This document shows, one piece after another, positions 1-9,134 of a stretch of 62,225 nt of DNA. The DNA is taken from assembly GCA_947448395.1 (NCBI GenBank), contig CANFNA010000001.1, forward strand, positions 1-62,225, in the 5' to 3' direction. The stretch is from Chthoniobacteraceae bacterium. GTDB lineage: Bacteria > Verrucomicrobiota > Verrucomicrobiia > Chthoniobacterales > Chthoniobacteraceae. The stretch's first letter is position 1. Each line of letters begins with the position of its first letter. The position numbers and the translations under genes were made by a program. The notes under the pieces were generated by a model, which was not told where the DNA came from, did not search any database, and saw nothing but the letters and a program-made list of their open reading frames with translations.

Positions 1-1
1 G

Positions 2-220
2 TATGGAACCACCTACGGGGTTAAAGAAACGCCTCCCTTGCACGATGGCCCTTTAGACCAGCAGGACTGGAAAGATTACCTCTCGCGGAAGGGATTGAGT
101 TTTAATCGAGGTGCGTCCGCTACCTATTTCAAGGAGTACGGGCATCTCGTTGTGGTCAATACGCGCGAGCAGCTAGCGTTGCTCATGAAACTCATTGGAG
201 TTACCGACGAGCGAAATTGA
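2..220 (+). CDS. hypothetical protein, C-terminal fragment (5' end outside the window)
   Basis: The frame of ORF 38..220 stays open back to the window edge (YGTTYGVKETPPLHDGP...). No motif recognised. Confidence 0.3.
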   Translation, partial: YGTTYGVKETPPLHDGPLDQQDWKDYLSRKGLSFNRGASATYFKEYGHLVVVNTREQLALLMKLIGVTDERN

Positions 221-246
221 CCTCGCGCAATCAAGCTCTCCTGGCA

Positions 247-3200
247 TCAAAGGGACTTAAGGTAGGCAACAATATCGGCAACTGCTTGGTCTGTGAGCCC
301 CAAATTGGAGGGATCGTACATCAGCGACCGAGTCATCTTGTTCATCGATTTAATTCGTGAACGAGGAATGGTTTGGGCCGAGCCGCCCATGCATTTCATG
401 ACAACTGGATCTGATGTGCTCAATGCCATTCCAGTGATTGTCAGGCCGTCTTTAGTTTGGATTTCAGTGCCTTCGTATCCATGAGAGATCGAGGCAGACG
501 GTTGTACAATGGCTTCTACAATGGCTTCCACGGTTTGTTGCCTTCCATACTCCGTTAACTCAGGACCGAAATCCGTCCCATTACCGCCAATTCGATGACA
601 AGCATAGCATACTCCGATCGCCGCCTTTCCGCGCGCCGGATCGGCTGCCAGAGAGGCTATCTGCTTCGGCGACGATAGGGCCTGCGCGTTCTGGACTGGG
701 CTGGGCATTGGAACCGCTGCGAGCGTAATCTTGTCGGGATCGTACAAGCCACGCTCTTTGAGAGCCGCATCCAAGTCGAACGCTGCCCAAGCATTTGTTT
801 TCCGGTTCATAAGCCACCAGAGAGCCATGGCGTCCTGTCCCGCGGCCTTGTTTAGGGCGATCTCGATCATCGCTGTTGCGGCTTCCCGCGTCGGAATAAA
901 CGCCAACGCAGTGACCATCAGCTTTCGCGCCTCCAACGAGACTGAGGCAGATTGCGCACGAGTTTTGATTTTCTCCACCGCATCTTCTGGATGCAATCTC
1001 CATGCAAGCCATCCTACAGCCTCGCTCCATGCGGAGGGATCGTTCGGCATAGATTGAAGAATCGAACGCAAAACCTCCGCTTCTTTCCCCTCACTACCGA
1101 GGCCAATCGCCTCCAAGTAAGCGCGATCCTTCCCATCAAACTGCAACGCTAGTTTGGTAAGCAATAGAACGCTCTGAGCGGCCGGGATGTCGCGCAGATG
1201 AAGGGCCACTTCGCGGCGTATCGCGCTTGAGGGGTCGTTCACCAGTTGCTTCGCCAGCGTCAGTGAGTCATACCCCGCACGATGAAGTGCGCGATAAGCG
1301 ACCAGCCTCTTCGATGGATCTTCGGAGTGCAAAAGTGAGGTTACTTTTGCTGAGCCAGAATCCCCCATTTGCGCAAGAAGCCAAATGGCGCGTGCAGCGA
1401 GGAATGGATTTGAATCGGTGAGAAGGCGTTCAACCGCCGGAACGGCTTTGTCGCCTTGAGCTTTGAGGCGAGTAAACCCGCTGAAGCGGACATTTGGAGC
1501 AGGACTCTTTAAGGCTGCTATCTGGCCCTCTGTGGTGGAAAGGTCGAGGCGAGGGATCACGGATTTAAATCCTTTAGGCGCAATTCGATAAATGGCTCCG
1601 GTAGAGCGCGCGTCGTTAGTGCCATGACCCCCCACGCGTGCATCAAACCAATCAGCCACGTAGATAGCGCCATCGGGTCCGACCGTGATGTCACTGGGCC
1701 GGAAAAAGTTTTTGAGCTCCGATTTCTGGGGCGCACCGCCAAGAAAATCCGAGCCGGCCCACTCGCGTTCTTTATTCGAGGTGAGAAAATCAAACCGCTC
1801 TAGCTTCCAACCCGCCCCATCTTGTTTCGGGAGGTACCCATAAACCACGTTTTTACCAGACTCACAGGCGAGCAAGAGTCCGTTCCAGGCATCTCCCAAT
1901 GCGCCGTTCTCGTAAAAGGCGACCCCAGTCGGCGCCCCTCCGCCATAGACATCGCCCGCAGGCATGGTGCCCGGATCTTCCTGTCGCCATTCTGCGGTCG
2001 CAACAGACTGCCCTGGCCGCTTGTCGGCTCCCCAAGAACGTTTCCCGTCTGCCGAAGCAAATCCAGCATTGCCACCCTCTATCATGGCGGTGACTCGGCA
2101 GGCTGGTGGATCATCGTTGTCGCTCTGGAACACGTCTCCCATGGATGTCACGGACTGCTCGTAGCTGTTGCGGAAATTATGGCCGATGATCTGCACACGA
2201 CTGCCATCTGGATTCATGCGTGCGGCAAAGCCTCCAATCCACGCGTGGCCGTCGTCACTCTTTTTCCCGGCAATCTCCTGCAACATATAGGGGCTTCCCA
2301 TGTAGAAGGTCTTACCCGACTTATCCGTAAATTGAGCGCCGGTGTTTCCTTGATTCCAGTACCACAAACCATCTGGTCCCGCAGTGACACTGTGCAGGCT
2401 ATGATCATGCTGACGGCCGTTAAACCCGCTCAAAAGCACCTCCCTCTTGTCCACGGAGGGGTCGAATCTCCCATCTCCATTCGTGTCGGTGAACACGAGT
2501 AATTCAGGAGGTTGCGAAACAACGACTTTATTCTCGAACACTGCGACGCCGAGGGGGGCTGCCAGACCTTTGTCCTCGAGAAACACCGTCGACTTATCGG
2601 CAAACCCCAGACCCTTGGTATCTTCCAAAACCACAATGCGATCTCCTTCGGCGCGACGCCCTGCTTTTCCTCGGTAGTTCACCCCCTCTGCGACCCACAG
2701 CCTTCCTTGAGCGTCGAAGTCGATGTTTGTTGGGTTAAACAAAAGTGGCGACTTGGCCCAAAGAGTGACTTCCAGCCCTTCCGGAACACTGAACATGGAG
2801 GGAGGGAGTTCAGTTGGAACGCTGGAGAGCCGTTCCTCCGCCGTTGGAGGCTTGGCGGTGTACGCGAGGAACTGAATCTGCGCGCCACTTGGCTTGCCAC
2901 TCCGAAAAGCTCCACCGTCGTCTATGGCAACCTTCGCGCGGAACAAAGAGATACCGTCTGGAAGCGTATACTCGATGACCGATTCCGAGTGCGTTCCAAT
3001 CCCTTTTTCATAGGTCTTTCCGGCGACCAAGAGGGGAGTATTGGCGTTGGATTTTCCAATTCTCACCGCACCTGAACCAGCGGTGGCTGAACTCCATGAA
3101 AGGCTTGTCAGATCTATGGAGGTACCGTCTTCACGGATTAACTCGGGCTCTATCCAGTTGGCCCACGCACAAGCGATAGAATTTTCGGACTGGGCTACCA

Positions 3201-4272
3201 GATAAAGCTTTTTGGCCCCCTTCAGCGGCGCCTCAAAAGGCAGCAGCCTGTCCTTTGAGTTGGACACTAGAATAATCGATTGAGCGACTGGCTTAGCCAT
3301 CGGCGGTTGCGTGGGCCCTGTGCTAAGCGAGGGAAATTTCGATTCACGCTCCGTGTCAACTGGAGCCGCCGGCACTGATTGAAACTCATCCGATTTCGGT
3401 ACGAGAAGGTGAGTGGATTTCGGCGACTTGTCGTCGAGGTTCGCATTGAGATCGGATTCACTAATCGATTTTGAAGCCACTCCGTCTTTCGGCACCTCCA
3501 ACCCAGCAACCCAAACAATCGCGTTCAAGGCAAGTTTACGAAAACCGTCAATGGCCCAGTTGCGGTGATAATGTCCCCCACTGAATCCTACTCCACGTCC
3601 GCCATCCGGACGTTCGACGCCCCACATGAGGGTCTGCGGTTGATTCAGTCCGGCCACCCCATGCTCGTTCCAAAGATTAATGTAGCGCTTGATGCGCTCT
3701 CTGGAGGGAGTCGCGGTCACCAGATCGAGCACCTCCGCCCGATTTTCGCGAAAGCGCATGTGGTAATAAAACTCATCTAGTGCTTGAACCGGTCCCGTTA
3801 GTCCTCGCGCGACCGGGTGATTTGGGAGAGCTGCCAGATCCGCCACCCAGTGGGGATTCACCGACCATCCTGTCTCGAAAGCACCGCCAATCCACGGGCG
3901 ATAGTACTTTGTCGCGTCTGCAGCGTCGGGGTGGACAGCATAGTGCATGAACATGATGCCTTTGCCTTGCTTGGCGAGTGCGTCCATTTTTGCCCAACCA
4001 TTCTTCACGACACTCGTACCATCTGCGTAAATGATGATGGCTTTGGCTGAGTCCAGAACGGATTCGTCTGTCGGCCATCCCTTGATCACCTCGGCTTTTA
4101 CGGCGAGCCCGCTTTCTTCATTCAGCGCCTTGGCGAGCAAGAGGCAGCCGGCGTTAAATTCATGCTCGCCGGGGCCATGGCTTCTTGCGCCCGCTAGAAA
4201 AACAATTCGACTATCAGCCAGTGCCGCTGTGGTAAGGCTTAAAAGAGTAAGTAGAATGATCGCGTGTCGCAT
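247..4272 (-). CDS. secreted multidomain protein: ThuA-like + NPCBM-like + beta-propeller 'membrane-bound dehydrogenase' domain + HEAT repeats + C-terminal c-type haem-binding domain
   Basis: Signal peptide MRHAIILLTLLSLTTAALA. ThuA-like N-domain (IVFLAGARSHGPGEHEF...FMHYAVHP...DEFYYHMRF). NPCBM-like module (LVAGKTYEKGIGTHSESVIEYTL...KVAIDDGG). Pirellula/Verrucomicrobium-type dehydrogenase domain (VPEGLEVTLWA...GRLWVAEGVNYR...GDRIVVLEDT). HEAT-like repeats. CYACHRIGGNG haem motif near the C-terminus. Confidence 0.85.
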   Translation of the reverse strand: MRHAIILLTLLSLTTAALADSRIVFLAGARSHGPGEHEFNAGCLLLAKALNEESGLAVKAEVIKGWPTDESVLDSAKAIIIYADGTSVVKNGWAKMDALAKQGKGIMFMHYAVHPDAADATKYYRPWIGGAFETGWSVNPHWVADLAALPNHPVARGLTGPVQALDEFYYHMRFRENRAEVLDLVTATPSRERIKRYINLWNEHGVAGLNQPQTLMWGVERPDGGRGVGFSGGHYHRNWAIDGFRKLALNAIVWVAGLEVPKDGVASKSISESDLNANLDDKSPKSTHLLVPKSDEFQSVPAAPVDTERESKFPSLSTGPTQPPMAKPVAQSIILVSNSKDRLLPFEAPLKGAKKLYLVAQSENSIACAWANWIEPELIREDGTSIDLTSLSWSSATAGSGAVRIGKSNANTPLLVAGKTYEKGIGTHSESVIEYTLPDGISLFRAKVAIDDGGAFRSGKPSGAQIQFLAYTAKPPTAEERLSSVPTELPPSMFSVPEGLEVTLWAKSPLLFNPTNIDFDAQGRLWVAEGVNYRGKAGRRAEGDRIVVLEDTKGLGFADKSTVFLEDKGLAAPLGVAVFENKVVVSQPPELLVFTDTNGDGRFDPSVDKREVLLSGFNGRQHDHSLHSVTAGPDGLWYWNQGNTGAQFTDKSGKTFYMGSPYMLQEIAGKKSDDGHAWIGGFAARMNPDGSRVQIIGHNFRNSYEQSVTSMGDVFQSDNDDPPACRVTAMIEGGNAGFASADGKRSWGADKRPGQSVATAEWRQEDPGTMPAGDVYGGGAPTGVAFYENGALGDAWNGLLLACESGKNVVYGYLPKQDGAGWKLERFDFLTSNKEREWAGSDFLGGAPQKSELKNFFRPSDITVGPDGAIYVADWFDARVGGHGTNDARSTGAIYRIAPKGFKSVIPRLDLSTTEGQIAALKSPAPNVRFSGFTRLKAQGDKAVPAVERLLTDSNPFLAARAIWLLAQMGDSGSAKVTSLLHSEDPSKRLVAYRALHRAGYDSLTLAKQLVNDPSSAIRREVALHLRDIPAAQSVLLLTKLALQFDGKDRAYLEAIGLGSEGKEAEVLRSILQSMPNDPSAWSEAVGWLAWRLHPEDAVEKIKTRAQSASVSLEARKLMVTALAFIPTREAATAMIEIALNKAAGQDAMALWWLMNRKTNAWAAFDLDAALKERGLYDPDKITLAAVPMPSPVQNAQALSSPKQIASLAADPARGKAAIGVCYACHRIGGNGTDFGPELTEYGRQQTVEAIVEAIVQPSASISHGYEGTEIQTKDGLTITGMALSTSDPVVMKCMGGSAQTIPRSRIKSMNKMTRSLMYDPSNLGLTDQAVADIVAYLKSL

Positions 4273-4371
4273 GGTGGATGGTCCGGGGGACTTATAATTT
4301 CGGAAAACGCAACGGTGTACGCTAAAGCATTCCGACTCGCTACTTCCATTTGCCCTGAGACAAAGAAGAGA

Positions 4372-4399
4372 TAAGCAACTGCCTTGCAGCTGCGCTTAG
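4372..4399 (-). terminator. possible intrinsic terminator or regulatory stem-loop between the LysR gene and the 1341-aa gene
   Basis: GCAACTGC-CTT-GCAGCTGC forms an 8-bp stem with one mismatch and a 3-nt loop. Flanking TAAGC/GCTTA arms extend it. On the minus-strand transcript it is followed by a U/C-rich tail (UUAUCUCUUCUUUGUCUC). Confidence 0.3.
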
Positions 4400-4475
4400 A
4401 ACACGGGGAAGGCCGCTCCAATTTTGCGCATCAGCCTGTTGCTCCGAGCGCGCGAAACCAGCTCTTCTAGGGTCT

Positions 4476-5477
4476 TCAGGCTGCTTGCCTTTTTTGGGAG
4501 GGCGACGGCTTTCGTCGTTTATCGGCCGAACGCGCGTTTGTTCTCGATGCAGCACGAGGACGCTTTGACCGTGCCGACCACGCGTTGAGGATCATCGTTA
4601 CCGTTGGATGTTCGATCCGTCTCTCGGCAGTGATCAAGTACAGGCTGATCTTGCACGCATCTGTTTTGCCGATGGGGACGAGCCCATAATTCTCAAATAA
4701 TTGAGGGACGACCGTCGTAGGCACCACGGTGACACCGGCACCATCTCCGGCCACAACCTTTGCAAGCGCAGCATCCTCAAATTCTGCCACTACGTTCGGT
4801 GTCAGGTCCTTTTCTCTAAACCAACGCTCCAACTCCCTCCGCAATGCAGTATTTTGGGTCGGTAGCAACATTGGAGCGAGGTTCAGATTCTGCGGAAAGC
4901 GCCGACCCAATTGTTTTGCCAGCGGCTCCGTCGCACAGAAGGTGATCCCGCTCGATCCAAGCGCATGCTGGAATGTCTTCACCTGAGCACCAGAGGGTGG
5001 CGGTTCATCAGCCAAGAGCACATCTAACCTATGCGCGGATAATTGCCCGAGAAGATCGTCGATCTTACCCTCCTGACAAATCAGCCTAACGGGGGGATCT
5101 GAGGCAAAGACTGGACGAAGGATTTCTAAGCTGAGCAATTTTGGAAACGAATCGACAACTCCCACATGTAAGCGTCTGGGGCGTTTTGTCGGGGCGCGCC
5201 TAGCGGTTGTCAGCAACTCGCGGCCCAACGAGAAAATCTCATCCGCATAGCCAAAAACAGTCCTCCCAAAATCTGTGAGTGCGATCGACCGACCGCTTCG
5301 ACGATACAAAGGCTCTCCCAAGGCAGCTTCCAGTTGTTTAATTTGCGCGCAAATGGACGGCTGTGAAGCATTCAATCGCTCAGCAGCACGGCTAATACTG
5401 CCATCCCTCGCGACGGCATGAAAGTACCGCAGATGATGGTAGTTCAACCACTCGGACCCCATTTTCAATGATTCCAT
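4476..5477 (-). CDS. LysR-family transcriptional regulator (NhaR-like)
   Basis: N-terminal wHTH LNYHHLRYFHAVARDGSISRAAERLNASQPSICAQIKQLEAALGEPLYRRSGRSIALTDFG closely follows the NhaR-type LysR pattern. A LysR substrate-binding-like C-domain follows. The C-terminal tail is basic. Confidence 0.85.
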   Translation of the reverse strand: MESLKMGSEWLNYHHLRYFHAVARDGSISRAAERLNASQPSICAQIKQLEAALGEPLYRRSGRSIALTDFGRTVFGYADEIFSLGRELLTTARRAPTKRPRRLHVGVVDSFPKLLSLEILRPVFASDPPVRLICQEGKIDDLLGQLSAHRLDVLLADEPPPSGAQVKTFQHALGSSGITFCATEPLAKQLGRRFPQNLNLAPMLLPTQNTALRRELERWFREKDLTPNVVAEFEDAALAKVVAGDGAGVTVVPTTVVPQLFENYGLVPIGKTDACKISLYLITAERRIEHPTVTMILNAWSARSKRPRAASRTNARSADKRRKPSPSQKRQAA

Positions 5478-5734
5478 AAAAGCGAAAGACGACTTAGATA
5501 CTGAGCCTCGCTCTCGCTGTCAGTCTCTCGTTGTTTCTCGGAGCGTCAAAACCCATCTCGCGCTTTCGAGGCAAACCCAAAGCCGTGGAGGGACTATCGC
5601 AGATCAGCCGTCGCCGCTCACAAAAACCCCGCGGAAAGTCGGTGGATTAACGTCGCGGCGCCGTGTGTGACTTCCCCCGAGTGATGCTTTCCTGCCTCGT
5701 TCGGGACGTGAGGAGGTATACACACAGGAGGCGC

Positions 5735-8700
5735 CTACTTGAGGGTTTGGAGGTAGGACTGAATATCCTCAAGCTCTTGCGGGCTGAATATCGTCGCCAT
5801 TGGAGGCATGGGACTGACGCCAAGTTGCTCAAAGCCTTTTGCCAAAACCTTGTTCGGCTCTAAAAGACTTTCCTTAATGTATTCTTTTGTTGCCCGAGAG
5901 GCGATGCCATCAAGGGCTGGGCCGACAGCGCTGCCCTGTCCCTTGATTGCGTGGCACAAGATGCATGCAGCAGCATGTTTGAAAACAAGCGTCTCTCCAC
6001 GGATAGCATCTCCGGGGAGTAGAGAAGTTACGTTGTTCTCCGGGGGCGCAATTTCACAAAGCTTTAGATCATCCCACCACGCTGTGCCCTCGCCGACATG
6101 GAGAAGGTTGATGCTCGCCTTTGTTTTTTCGCCGCTATCGAAAATAGACTCCACCTCTGTCCACTCCTTCCGGCCGTTTATTTTCTGCGTTTCAGCTCGA
6201 CCAATGTGGTCGTTAAGGCTGGCTTTGCCGCGAAGGCCATCGGTACGAATCCAACCCGACAATCGGTATTGAGTGTGGGGTTTCACCGCGACCTCCATGA
6301 AGAAACTCGTGTCGGCTTGCGCTGTTGTTGTGCAACGAATGGCCTGTTTCCCGCCGTGCAGCTGTTTTGGGTCGGTGACCACAGACCATTTCGCAGAGCT
6401 GTTGCCTTGGGCTTTATCAGCCGATCCATAATCGCGGCGTTTCCACCCCTCTGGGAATCCATCCCCTGCTAGGATCTCTAATCCAGCGTTTTTGAGTAGG
6501 TTCGGTCCCTCTTTAAATTCAGAAAGATTATTCCGGTTCAGTAGGACGCGAAGTGCCTGCTTTAGCCATTCGTCCTTTTCTCCAGCGCTGGTGCGCTGAA
6601 TGTTTTGCACGACGGCCTGAATGTGCTGAGTCGCTGGGAATTCTGCTAGTTTGACCCAAGCTGCGAGCTTCGTGACAGCATCCGAGTCCGAGATCACTGA
6701 AGCGCTAAAAAACAGCTTTTGAGCAGCATCATCAGTGCCAAGTGCGCGCACGGCGTTTCTCCGAAGGCGCGCGTCCTTGGCAGTTAACGCGGCACGGTGC
6801 GTTTCTTCGTCCAATTCATGAAGACCGTGTAAGGTCCATAACGCGTGCAACGCGCCGATCGTCCCATCATTCGCTTTCACTAATGTCTGAAGAGTGACTT
6901 TCGAATCGTTTGCCTTTCCCTCCACGAGCACGCGTTGTGCAGTGTTTCTCCAGAAGGGATTGGCATCCCCCAGTCGCGTGATCCACTCGGTTTGGCTCCG
7001 AGGCCCAGCCGGCAGGGATTTGCTCAATCCCGTGGGGGCTTTGTTCCAGACAAGGCGATAAATACGGCCGCGACCATGGTCCCGAAGTGGGTTTTCGTGG
7101 GCACCTCCAACGCCTGTCTTGGCGTCAAATCCGCCACGTGCCGTGCTCGGGGTGGGATTGTGCTGGATAATGAAATTCTGCCAATCGCAAAACCAAACAG
7201 CGCCATCGGGCCCCACCTCGGCGCAGACAGGCGACATCCATTCGTCGGTGCTAGCCACAAGGTTAAAACCGTCTCTGGCCACATATCCAGCGCCACTCTG
7301 CCGGACATCCATAAGAGCGACGAGCTTCATTGTCGGCTCGCAAACCATTGCCTTTCCCTGCAAGCGCTCAGGAAGATAGGGCGAGTAAATAAAACTGCTA
7401 CCAGCCGCCGCGGTGTATCCGCCAAAGACGTCTACCTGTCGGAAGTTCGGGGTGATCGGATGTGCTTTGTCTTCTACATTGATTCGCTTTGCAGACATCA
7501 ACTGCATACCCGCCGGCGCTACAGTTGCAGGAATGCCACCATAGAAAATGGGAGCATTATTCGCGGTGCCACCAAATTGGTCCCCGGCATCATTCGCGCT
7601 CTGGCCCCAAGTATTGTTGCTGAACTGATGCAGGAATTGGAGTGCGGATCCATCGGGGCGGAAGCGATAGGTGCCTTGGCTAAACTGAAGTTCCTTGCCG
7701 CCAACCTCACCTTTGAAACCGGAGTAACCCACCGCACCATACAGCCAGTTATCCATTCCATAATGGAGATTGCTCGCCTGTGCGTGTGTATCGCGTATCC
7801 CCCATCCCGTGAGAATCTCCTGACGAATGTCGGCATGATCATCCCCTTTACTGGATTTTAGAAAAAGGAACCGAGGAGGTTGCGAAACGATGATTCCCCC
7901 GTTTGCGAAAACAATTCCCGTTGGGATGTTCAGCCCGTCCGCAAAAACCGTGAACTTGTCCGCTTTACCATCCCCATCCGTATCCTCGCAGATAAGAATC
8001 CGATCGTTCCCCTTCCCGTCTTCTTTGACGTCATGCGGGTAATCTTTAGTTTCCGCAAGCCAGAGGCGCCCACGTTCATCCCAAGCCATGGCGATGGGTT
8101 TTCCAATGTTCGGCTCGCTAGCGAACAGCTCCAAATGCATGTCGGCAGGTACTTGCGTCCGCTCGATGCTACCATTTACGTCGAAGGGATGTTGGAATGA
8201 CAGGGCTTCGGGGCGCTTCTCGTAATTGGCGACAAAGGAATGAACTTCACGCTTCTCTGGGCGTGAGCTCTTGAGAAAAGCCTGCCAGTTCGATTTGCGG
8301 GCTTCTCCGACGCTCCAAACGATGGCATTTCTGAGCATCCGTTGAAAGTCGCTGTTAGACCAGGTCCTCTCATCATGGCCACTGGCTGTGTAAAATACGC
8401 GCCCATGCCCCTGCTCGCGAACCCACGTCCAAGGCTCGCGATGATCGCCATCCACGCGCTCTGCCAGTAATTTACGCCCTTTCTCATTGAGACCTGCATG
8501 CACGTACGTTTCATCCCAAGTCTCGTATCCATGGACGCCTTCAAAAACAGGATGCTCCGGCGCTAGGATGCGTGGTTGAAAGGTTGCCGTTCCGTGCGAC
8601 TTAAACTCACCCCCGACCAAAGCAGCGAATCTCGGGTCGTTTTTAAAGCAGGCAGAGGCGCAGTGAATGGGCAGGAAACCATGGCCCTCCTCCACGAAGG

Positions 8701-9001
8701 TGTTCAGCGCGGCGAACTGCTCTGGCTTAATTTGGCCGTGGTTCGCGTAGAGCATGACCGCATCGTAGTGACTGAGCGTTTCAGAATTCAGGCACTGATC
8801 AGGGTGCGTGAAGTAATCGAACCAAATTGCCTCTCTCCCAAAATTCTGCATGAGCAGCGGAAGCACTTTTCCAGAATCGTGGTGCGTGCTTTCGTGGCCC
8901 AGAAAAAGAACTCGAATGGGTCCGGAGCCAGCCCAAATCGAACTGGCGGTAAAGAGATAAAAACTGAACAGGACCGTTAGAAGTCGGAGGGGAGTTTTCA
9001 T
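5735..9001 (-). CDS. secreted multidomain protein: ThuA-like + beta-propeller dehydrogenase domain + HEAT repeats + CBM/jelly-roll-like module + C-terminal c-type haem-binding domain
   Basis: Signal peptide MKTPLRLLTVLFSFYLFTASSIWA. ThuA motifs (IRVLFLGHESTHHDS, GFLPIHCASACF, RVFYTASGHD). Dehydrogenase domain (LELFASEPNIGKPIAMAWDERGRLWLAET...GNDRILICEDTDGDGKADK). HEAT-like repeats. CILCHAIKGQG at the C-terminus. Confidence 0.85.
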   Translation of the reverse strand: MKTPLRLLTVLFSFYLFTASSIWAGSGPIRVLFLGHESTHHDSGKVLPLLMQNFGREAIWFDYFTHPDQCLNSETLSHYDAVMLYANHGQIKPEQFAALNTFVEEGHGFLPIHCASACFKNDPRFAALVGGEFKSHGTATFQPRILAPEHPVFEGVHGYETWDETYVHAGLNEKGRKLLAERVDGDHREPWTWVREQGHGRVFYTASGHDERTWSNSDFQRMLRNAIVWSVGEARKSNWQAFLKSSRPEKREVHSFVANYEKRPEALSFQHPFDVNGSIERTQVPADMHLELFASEPNIGKPIAMAWDERGRLWLAETKDYPHDVKEDGKGNDRILICEDTDGDGKADKFTVFADGLNIPTGIVFANGGIIVSQPPRFLFLKSSKGDDHADIRQEILTGWGIRDTHAQASNLHYGMDNWLYGAVGYSGFKGEVGGKELQFSQGTYRFRPDGSALQFLHQFSNNTWGQSANDAGDQFGGTANNAPIFYGGIPATVAPAGMQLMSAKRINVEDKAHPITPNFRQVDVFGGYTAAAGSSFIYSPYLPERLQGKAMVCEPTMKLVALMDVRQSGAGYVARDGFNLVASTDEWMSPVCAEVGPDGAVWFCDWQNFIIQHNPTPSTARGGFDAKTGVGGAHENPLRDHGRGRIYRLVWNKAPTGLSKSLPAGPRSQTEWITRLGDANPFWRNTAQRVLVEGKANDSKVTLQTLVKANDGTIGALHALWTLHGLHELDEETHRAALTAKDARLRRNAVRALGTDDAAQKLFFSASVISDSDAVTKLAAWVKLAEFPATQHIQAVVQNIQRTSAGEKDEWLKQALRVLLNRNNLSEFKEGPNLLKNAGLEILAGDGFPEGWKRRDYGSADKAQGNSSAKWSVVTDPKQLHGGKQAIRCTTTAQADTSFFMEVAVKPHTQYRLSGWIRTDGLRGKASLNDHIGRAETQKINGRKEWTEVESIFDSGEKTKASINLLHVGEGTAWWDDLKLCEIAPPENNVTSLLPGDAIRGETLVFKHAAACILCHAIKGQGSAVGPALDGIASRATKEYIKESLLEPNKVLAKGFEQLGVSPMPPMATIFSPQELEDIQSYLQTLK

Positions 9002-9134
9002 GGTGTGGATCGAGAGACCAGAGGCAGTAGAGCTGGCATCACGCTCGAAACACTAACCGCTTCTCGCAAAAGCTATGCGGACAAGTTTTGTTGACGATCG
9101 GACAAGTCTTCTGCCAGACGAATGGTTCCCGCAA

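Noticed and set aside
1822-2502. Many long ORFs in the six-frame track lie antisense to or out of frame within the large CDSs. Examples are 1822..2502, 2512..3075, 6935..7861, 13262..13882, 23793..24500, 24696..25526, 49225..50223, 50279..50803, 53931..54458, 55145..55654 and 56415..56999.
   Set aside because: They are fully nested in genes with strong domain evidence. They have Arg/Ser/Pro/Gly-rich compositions typical of shadow frames in GC-rich DNA, and they show no motifs.
5619-5660. Possible intrinsic terminator downstream of the 1088-aa gene (CCGCG...CGCGG followed by GGGGTTTTTG on the minus strand).
   Set aside because: The stem is only 5 bp with a ~20-nt loop, which is not convincing.
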